From the NCBI RefSeq assembly GCF_963921235.1, contig NC_086108.1:40116001-40180000 (forward strand): DNA of 64,000 bases. Direction: 5' to 3'. The position numbers were made by a program, and so were the translations under genes. Shown in pieces: positions 56,117-64,000 of the stretch; within the stretch, counting starts at the first letter, position 1; every line of letters starts with the position of its first letter. The notes beneath the pieces were generated by a model, which was given only the letters and a program-made list of their open reading frames with translations, did not search any database and was not told where the DNA came from. Source of the DNA: Mobula hypostoma (lineage: Eukaryota).

Positions 56117-56199
56117 TGCAATGTGAATATACCAGTTAAAGCCATCTCCCGTGTGCGGGCTTTTATTTAATTGATATGTAGTTGTGCACAGACACAACA
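51715..56199 (+). mobile_element. Decayed Gypsy/Ty3 LTR retrotransposon
   Basis: 5' LTR end (...gacacaaca, 51754) plus primer-binding site TGGCGATGAG; protease ELDTGSALSVI; RT ICGDFK and YLDDII; RNase H region GLVNYYHQF and NADGL; integrase largely deleted; polypurine tract agggaggaag; 3' LTR 55980-56199. Confidence 0.88.
51798..53390 (-). mobile_element. Tigger/pogo-type DNA transposon, internally deleted
   Basis: TA TSDs; TIRs CAGGTTTCCCCCGCCATCCGAA / CAGATGTCCCCCGCTTTTCGAA; N-terminal (RKGVTLSVKLDIIKRFD) and C-terminal (YDFNFER...LSPYKEL) remnants on minus with the catalytic core missing. Confidence 0.85.
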
Positions 56200-59100
56200 C
56201 AGATCAATTGGCTGGGGTATTCACCAATATCCTTAACTTCTCCCTTTAGCGGTCTGAGGTACCCACCTGCTTTAGGAAGGCTTCAGTTACACCAGTGCTA
56301 AGAAGAGTTTGATAACCTGCCTCAATGACTATCATCCAGTAGCAGTTACATCCACAGTGATGGATTGCTTTGAGAGATTGTTGATGAAGTATATCAGCTC
56401 CTGCCTGAGAAGTGACTTGGATCTGCTTCATTTTGCCTCCTGGCACAACAGGTCCACAGCAGACGATATTTCATAGGCTCTTTACTCAACCCTGGAGTAT
56501 ATCTGTACAGTGAAGATGCATACAACAGGATGCTCTTCATCATATACATCTCAGCACTCAATACCATTATCCCTTCAAAACTAATCAATAAGCTTTGCCC
56601 TTTGGCTTTAGTACCTCCTTGTGCAATTGGATCCTTGATATCCCCAGGTGAAGACTCCTGCCAGTTCAGATTGGCAAAAACATCTTCTCCCCAATCTCCA
56701 TCAGCATAGGTGCACCACAAGGCTGTGTGCTTAGCCCCCAGCTCTATTCACTTTATATAAGTATAGCTTCACTCATGTGAAGCTAAGCATAGCTCCAATG
56801 CAATATTTAAGTTTGCTGATGACACCACTCTTGTTGGCCAAATCAAGAGTGGTGCTGAATCAACATATTGTATAGGAGGGAGATTGAAAATCTGCCTGAG
56901 TGGTGCCACGACAACAACCTCTCACTCACTGTCAGCAAGATCAAGGAGCTGATTACTGACTTCTGGAAGAGGAAACCAAAGGTCGGTGAGCCAGTCTTGA
57001 TTGGGGATCAGAGGTGGAGAGTGTCATGTGTTTAATATTTCAGTAATTGAATAGTATTGTAAATATAGTGATGGATTAAGCATTTGTTGTGTGTTTAAAT
57101 AGTTCATTATTGGATATATGTAAAGGTTCATGAATGGCATATGTCATTACGCCCCTACGTCATATGTGCATGCCTTGCTAAAGAGAAAACAAAGTACACA
57201 AGTTTATCCCCGGGGTCCCATGTTTTCTTTTTGATTAGTTTTGGAGTTAAAAAACATAACGTGGCAATGAGGAAGTTTTAAATGAAACTGAAATTACTCC
57301 CTAACTGCTGAAGTACAGAGAGACGTTTGAGTTTTGAAAAAGTGCACTGAAATATTTGAATTAAAACAAAAGGTGCAGCTCAAGTCTCTGAGGAAGAGGA
57401 AAAGACATGGTCAAGCAAATAAAAAGGCAGAAAACAGACAAAATTCAGAGATTCATAACAGTGAAAATACCGGGTGATAATACTAATAAATGAAAATAAG
57501 CAGGGAGATAGATGTGTTTGATAGCACTGAAGATAACTGGTTGATATATAATGAGTGAATTGAGCAGTATTTTAAAGCAAATGAAATAGCCAATGCAAAG
57601 TGATTGTTAGTTTTGTTGAGTGCATTGGATGAAAAGGCATACCGTTTTCAAAGAAATTTAATTGCTCCAACCAAACTAGCTAAAATTAGCATTGCTGATA
57701 TCAGAAAAGTAACACAAAAACATTTAGAACTAAAACCATTGTTGACTGGAGAACTCTTTAGTTGTCATAAGCAGAATCAAAAGAAAGGAGAAGCCATTGC
57801 AACTTACAAGGCTGAATTGAAGAGATCATCTGAGTATTGTCAGTTCAATGATGGGTTTAATGATACACTGAGAGACCATTTAGTTTGTGGAGTCTTACAA
57901 TAAATAATTCAAAAATGACTACTAACTGAAGCAACCCACATTTAGAAGAGCAGTTGAAATCTCTATATCATTGGAAACCTCAGCCAGAGATGCATTTAAT
58001 TTGCAGTCAGTAATGCAATTGAGTGTTAACAAAACTAATCAGAAACCTGCCTGGCTGAACAAATTGCGCTTGGGTTGTGGCGGGGGCTCATGTACACCAG
58101 ACTAATGCAGATTTAAAGGCAAAATTTGCAGAAAATGCAACAAAGTAGAACACATACAGAGAACATGTTGGGCAGACAAAAATAAAAAATCTACAAAGCA
58201 AAGAGAAAAAGATAAAAATTCTAGGTGCAGTTTCAAAAAGAGTCCTAAACTGCATCTGATAATGATGAGAGTGACACAGGAATGATTAGCCTTGAGATTT
58301 TCAATGTGAAAACGGACAGGAGTCAAGCAATATGGCTTACACCAGAAGTGAACAGCAAATTAATTAAAATGGAATGAGACACTAGCTTGGCTGTTTCAGT
58401 CATTCCACAAAATAAGTTTAAGTGGTATTTTAAAAATACTGAACTGAAGCTTGCAGATATCCAACCAAGAACTTATACTGGAGAAAAGATAACTCCTGTT
58501 TGAATCACATTTGTAAAAGTGAAATACAACAATGAACAAGCCAGATTTGGCTTGTGTGTGGTAAAAAGAGGAGGGCTTGCATGTGGGGTCGTCAGCGTTA
58601 TCTGGATGACCTAATCGTTACTGGTAAGGATAATAAGGAACATCTCCAAAATCTCAAGACAGTTAAAAAATATCAGAAGATTATGGGCTTTGAGCATGAT
58701 GCAACAAAAGTGAATTCTTTAAAGCAAGCATCATATACTGTGGTCACACCATTGACACATAAGGATTATGCAAGTGTACTGAGAAAGTTCAAGCAGTGGT
58801 GGATACTCCTAGGCCAAAGAATATATCACATTTGCAGTCCTTTTCAGGATTTGTTATTTACCATAACAGGTTCCTACCTACTTGGGCTACTGTGCTCAGC
58901 CCCTTGAGCTCATTGCTATAGATTGGACAGAATGGCAATGGAAAGTGTGAGGTAGCTTTCCAAAAGACAGACAAAATGGTGACATCAGATACTGTACTCA
59001 CACATCGTTCAGTGGACCTTTTGCCTTGTGGTATAGGTGTAGTCATATCACATGTTATGAGTGATGGAAGTGAACGTCCCATAGTATTTGTATTACATTA

Positions 59101-59427
59101 CCTTGCTGCTGCAGAGAAAAATTATCTACAGATTGACAGAGAGGCCTTGAATCTGGTTTGGGGTGTAAATCATTTCAACCAGTACTTGCATGGGAGAGAG
59201 TTTACCCTCATTACTGATCATCAACCACTAGTGTCCATTTTCAATCCACAGATTTAGTTCCACTAAAAGCAGCAGCACAAATACAGAGATGGGCACTATT
59301 TCTCAAAGGACACAATTACAAGATTGAATTCAAGAGGATGGCTAATCATGGAAATGCTGATGGATTATCCCATTTATCTTTGGAAAAGGAAATACCAGAA
59401 AATTTTATAAAAGAGGACTCTCCTCTT

Positions 59428-59583
59428 TTTTGGATCTCCCCCTTCCCCTCCCACTTTCAAATCTCTTACTAGCTCTTCCTTCAGTTAGTCCTGACGAAGG
59501 GTCTCGGCCCGAAATGTCGACTGTACCTCTTCCTAGAGAAGCTGCCTGGCCTGCTGCGTTCACCAGCAACTTTGATGTGTGTT
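59428..59583 (+). mobile_element. Penelope pseudo-LTR insertion inside Gypsy pol
   Basis: 11-bp TSD ACTCTCCTCTT (59417-59427, 59584-59594); near-identical to the pieces at 48.1 kb and 15.3 kb. Confidence 0.85.
59487..59522 (+). ncRNA. Minimal type I hammerhead ribozyme motif
   Basis: AGUC CUGACGA A GGGU-CUCG-GCCC GAAA U GUC GACU. Stems I and II pair; a C-to-U (CpG-type) change follows GAAA. Confidence 0.72.
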
Positions 59584-60162
59584 ACTCTCCTCTTGACCTA
59601 GTCTCCCTAATGTACATTGAAACAATTCCAGTTCCCCCATTTTTACTAGTGCTGGGATAAACTTACCTTGGATGGAGGTTGCCTTATGAGGGCATTGAGA
59701 GTTGTTGTACCATCCAAGCTGAGAACTGAAGTGTTGGAGGAGCTACGTACCGGACACCTGAGCACGATCAAAATGAAAGTGTTGCCTCAAAGCTTCGTTT
59801 GGTGGCCTGAATTAGATCAGCAGATCGAGCAGCTTGCCATGCACTGTTCAGGATGTGAACATGTCCAGAGAAAAGGTGTACAGGGCAGTCAGAGCTTCTT
59901 CCTGCAGTCAAAGAGTTAACTCCTATAACCACCACAGAGGAGGCTCCCAGGCCTGAGATTGTCTCACAGCCACAAGTCTCACCTGCCAAGCAGGGTGACC
60001 CCTCCCCACCACCCCCAACCAGTAATATTTGAGCAATATTTAAAATATATTCTTTGATTAATCATTCTTTGTATGTTTAAAATAATTCATTATGGGTTGT
60101 ATGCCACATGTCATTACACCACTATGTCAGATGTGTGTGCTCGCTAAAGTAAAAATGAAGTA

Positions 60163-61703
60163 CAGTGCCTATAAAAAGAATTCACCCCCCTTGGAAGTTT
60201 TCAAGTTTTATTGTTTTACAACATTGAATCACAGGGTTTAATTTGGTTTTTTTAACAGTGATCAACAGAAAAGACTCTTTCGTGTCAAAGTGAAAACAAA
60301 TTGGTCTACATTTATTACAATCATGAAACCAGAAAATAATTGATTGCATAATTACTCACCCCCTTCAAGTCAGTATTTAGTAGATGCACCCTTAGTAGAA
60401 ATTACAGCTTCGAGTCTGTGTGGGTAGGTCTCTATCAGCTTGCACATCTAAACACTGCAATTTCTCCCCATTCTTCTTTACAAAACTGCTGAAGTTCAGT
60501 CAGATTGCATGGCGATCATGAGTGAACAGCCCTCTCCAAGTCCGGCCACAAATGCTCAGTTGGATTGAGGTCTGGGCTCTGACTTGGCCACTCCAGGACA
60601 TTAACTTTGTTGTTTTTAAGCCATTCCTGTGTAGCTTCGGCTTTATGCTTGGGGTCATTGTCTTGCTCGAAAACAAATCTTCTCCCAAGTCTCAGTTCTC
60701 TTGTAGACTACATCAGATTTACTTCAGGACTTCCCTGTGTTTTTCTGCATTCAAGGCCTTCCAGGGCCTGCTGCAGTGAAGCATGATGCAGCCATCACCA
60801 CACCTCACGGTAGGGTTGGTGTGTTGTTGATCGTGTGTGGTGTTTGGTGCATTTAGTCTCTTGGCCAAAAAGCTCAATTTTGGTTTCATCAGACCATAGA
60901 ACCTTCTTCCAGCTGATTTCAGAGTCTCCCAAGTGCCTTCTGGCAAACTCCAGCTGAGATTTCAAGTGAGTTTCTTTCAACAGTGGCTTTCTCTTTGCCA
61001 CTTTCCCATAAAGCTGCGATTAGTGAAGCACCCAGGCAACAGTTTTCTCGCATTTCAGCTACTGCATCTTGCAACTTCTCCAGAGTTGTCATAGGTCTCT
61101 TGGTGGCCTCCCTCACTCGTCCCTTTCTGGAATGGTCACTTAGCTTTTGATTGCGGCCTGTTCTAGGCAGATTTATGGCTGTGCTATGTTCTTTCCATTT
61201 CCTGATGATTGACTTAAATGTACTCCAAGGGATATTTAGCGACTTGGAAATTTTCTTGTATCCATTTCCTGACTTGTGTTTGTCAATAACCTTTTCGCAA
61301 AGTTGCTTGGAGCATTCTTTTGTCTTCATGCTGTGGTTTTTGCCAGGATACTGACTGACATTGGTTGGACCTTCCAGATACAGGTGTATTTTTACTACAA
61401 TCAATTGAAACACCTTGACTACACATAGATTTATGTATAGCTATGACACCCTAACTAATTTTGTGACAACCAATTAGTTGTACCAGTGATGATTTGGTGT
61501 ATATTAAATACTTAAGCAATGAATTATTTTGTATTTTATGTCTGTAATTAATTTAGATCACTTTGTAGAGATTTGTTTTCACTTTGACATGAAAGTATCT
61601 TTAAAAAAGCCAAATTAAATCCACTGTTATTCAATGTTGTAAAACAAGAAAACATGAAAACTTTGGGGGGATGGGATGGGGTGAATAATTTTTAAGGGCA
61701 CTG
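60163..61703 (-). mobile_element. Tc1-family transposon, near full length, decayed
   Basis: TA|CAGTGCC...GGCACTG|TA with long TIRs; transposase on minus: MKTKECSKQL, GYKKISKSLNIPWST, WKKVLWSDETKIELFG, frameshifted. Confidence 0.92.
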
Positions 61704-62477
61704 TACACACACTTATCCTTGGATTCCCTGTCTTTTCTTTCACTTTGAAAACGTAACAGAGGGTCATCAACTTTAAATTCCTCAATATTATCATTTCAGC
61801 GGGTCTGTTCTGAGTCCAGCATGTAAGTGCCATTACAAAGAAAGCATGGTATTGTAGTCCCTCTGCTTCCTTAGAAATTTGTGAAGATTTGGCATGGCAT
61901 TGAAATCTTTGAAAAACTTCTATGAATGTGTGGTGGAGAGAATATTGACTGGTTGCATCATGGCCTGGTATGGAAACACCAATGCCCTTGCATGTAAAAT
62001 CCTACAAAATGTGTGTTGGAAATGGCCCAGTCCATCACGGGTAAAGCCCTCCCCACCATTGAGCACATCTATACAGAGTGCTGTCACAGGCAAGTAGCAT
62101 CCATCATCAAGGACCCCCGCCATACAGACCATGCTGTCCTCTTGTTCTGACATCAGGAAGAAGATACAGGACCCTCAGGACCCACACCACCAGGTTCAGG
62201 AACAGTCATTACCCCTCAGCCATCAGGCTCGTGGTCCATAGGGGCTAACTCCACTCAAATGCCTCATCACCGAACAGCTCCCACAACCTATGGGCTCACT
62301 TTCAAGGACTCTTCATATCACGTTCCTGATATTTATCGCTTTCTTGTTTATTTATTAGCTTGTTTGTTTATTTATTTATTTATTTATTATATTTTGCACA
62401 ATTTGTTGCTTTTGCATATTGGTTGTTGATATCTCCTGTTGGGAGCGGTCTTTCATTGATTCTATTGTGTTTCTTGG

Positions 62478-63106
62478 TCCAGCATGTAAATGCCTTTACA
62501 AATAAAGCATACTAGTGCCTCTACATTCTTAGAAACTTACAAAAATTTGGGATGTCATCTAAAACATTGACAAACTTCAATAGATGTGTGGTGGAGAGTA
62601 TATTGATTGGTTGCATCACGGCCTGGTTTGGAAACACTATTGCCCTCGAATGAAAGAAAAAGCATTTCAGGATGTATATTGTATACATTTTTCTGACATT
62701 AAATTGTACCTTTGAAACCTTATGAAAATCTTACAAGAAGAATTGGATACAGTCCTGTCCATCACAGTTAAGCCTTCTCCGCATTCATTGGGCACATCTA
62801 CATGAAGTGCTGTCGCTGGAAAACAACATCCAAAATCAAGGACCCCCACCATCAAGGCCAAGCCCTCTTCTCATAGCTGCCATCAGGAGGGAGGTTCAGG
62901 AGCCTCAGGGTCCACTCCACCAGGTTCAGGATCATTATAACCCCTCAACCATCAGGCTGTTGAGCCGGAGGGGATAACTTCACTCGCCTCATCACTGAAC
63001 TGTTCCCACAATCTATGGACTCACTTTCAGAGACTTGGTGGTTGCTTTTTTTTTTGTTTCTTTGTATTTACTTTGAATGCCTGCAAAAAATTGTATTCAG
63101 AGTTGT
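62478..63106 (+). mobile_element. Second Rex1/Babar-type 3' end in tandem with the previous one
   Basis: Starts tccagcatgtaa as at 61815 and parallels 61815-62320; contains a small unrelated tail insertion at about 62655-62722. Confidence 0.7.
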
Positions 63107-63109
63107 TAA

Positions 63110-64000
63110 GATGTGGAATCGATATGGGTAGAGCTGCGTAACACTAAGGGGCAGAAGACGCTGGTGGGAGTTGTGTACAGGCCACCTAACAGTAGTAGTG
63201 AGGTCGAAGATGGTATTAAACAGGAAATTAGAAATGTGTGCAATAAAGGAACAGCAGTTATAATGGGTGACTTCAATCTACATGTAGACTGGGTGAACCA
63301 AATTGGTAAAGGTGCTGAGGAAGAGGATTTCTTGGAATGTATGCGGGATGGTTTTTTGAACCAACATGTCGAGGAACCGACTAGAGAGCAGGCTAATCTG
63401 GACTGGGTTTTGAGCAATGAGGAAGGGTTAATTAGCGATCTTGTCGTTAGAGGCCCCTTGGGTAAGAGTGACCATAATATGGTGGAATTCTTCATTAACA
63501 TGGAGAGTGACGTAGTTAATTCAGAAACAAAGGTTCTGAACTTAAAGAGGGGTAACTTTGAAGGTATGAGTCGTGAATTAGCTAAGATAGACTGGCAAAT
63601 GACACTTAAAGGATTGACGGTGGATATGCAATGGCAGGCATTTAAAGGTTGCATGGATGAACTACAACAATTGTTCATCCCAGTTTGGCAAAAGAATAAA
63701 TCAAGGAAGGTAGTGCACCCGTGGCTGACAAGAGAAATTAGGGATAGTATCAATTCCAAAGAAGTAGCATACAAATTAGCCAGAGAAAGTGGCTCACCTG
63801 AGGACTGGGAGAAATTCAGAGTTCAGCAGAGGAGGACAAAGGGCTTAATTAGGAAGGGGAAAAAAGATTATGAGAGAAAACTGGCAGAGAACATAAAAAC
63901 GGACTGTAAAAGCTTTTATAGATATGTAAAAAGGAAAAGACTGATAAAGACAAATGTAGGTCCCCTGCAAACAGAAACAGGTGAATTGATTATGGGGAGC
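63110..64000 (+). mobile_element. Young CR1 LINE ORF2 (endonuclease and linker), 5'-truncated, runs off the window
   Basis: 297 codons without a stop: ESIWVEL, GVVYRPPN, IMGDFN, LGKSDHN, HPWLTREI. Confidence 0.93.

Larger units (their letters stand above)
57022..61758 (+). mobile_element. Decayed Gypsy/Ty3 provirus with two LTRs
   Basis: 5' LTR 57022-57260 plus primer-binding site TGGCAATGAG; gag (LRDHLVCG); RT YLDDLIV; RNase H NYLQIDREAL and ITDHQPL; integrase zinc-finger region (GHL...WWP...CSGC); 3' LTR about 60020-61758, split by a Tc1. Confidence 0.88.
56200..62477 (+). mobile_element. Rex1/Babar-type LINE split by a Gypsy provirus
   Basis: DQLAGVFTNI and GAPQGCVLSP/KFADDT motifs at 56200-57021; resumes at 61759 (NFKFL..., ERILTGCIMAWYGN). 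Confidence 0.8.

Noticed and set aside
63106..63774. 222-aa minus-strand ORF
   Set aside because: Antisense shadow of the CR1 ORF2 on the plus strand.

Overview
Vertebrate genomic DNA, probably from a cartilaginous fish (inferred from the repeat mix: CR1, Rex1/Babar-type LINEs, HE1-like V-SINEs, Penelope). One host gene is recognisable and is missing from the ORF track because its exons are short: V-type H+-ATPase subunit G3 (ATP6V1G3) on the minus strand. It has coding exon 1 at 8858-8939, exon 2 at 1316-1416 and a TATA box at 8985-8992; exon 3 must lie left of the window. The other ~55 kb upstream of the gene is a nested transposon graveyard: CR1, Rex1/Babar and L2 LINEs, tRNA-SINEs, three solo LTRs plus one edge-truncated LTR, two decayed Gypsy proviruses, three Tc1, one Tigger/pogo and one hAT element. 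The most interesting signal is a dispersed family of short Penelope-derived insertions with 10-12 bp target-site duplications (TSDs) that carry a minimal type I hammerhead ribozyme motif. The best-preserved cores are at 48133-48168 (-) and 59487-59522 (+), and one decayed copy is still attached to a GIY-YIG C-terminus. Also notable are a foldback two-right-end Tc1 and an ancient AmnSINE2-like element in ATP6V1G3 intron 1, and a perfect 134-bp tandem duplication upstream of the gene. Repeat family names come from recalled motifs, not database searches; boundaries without TSDs are approximate.
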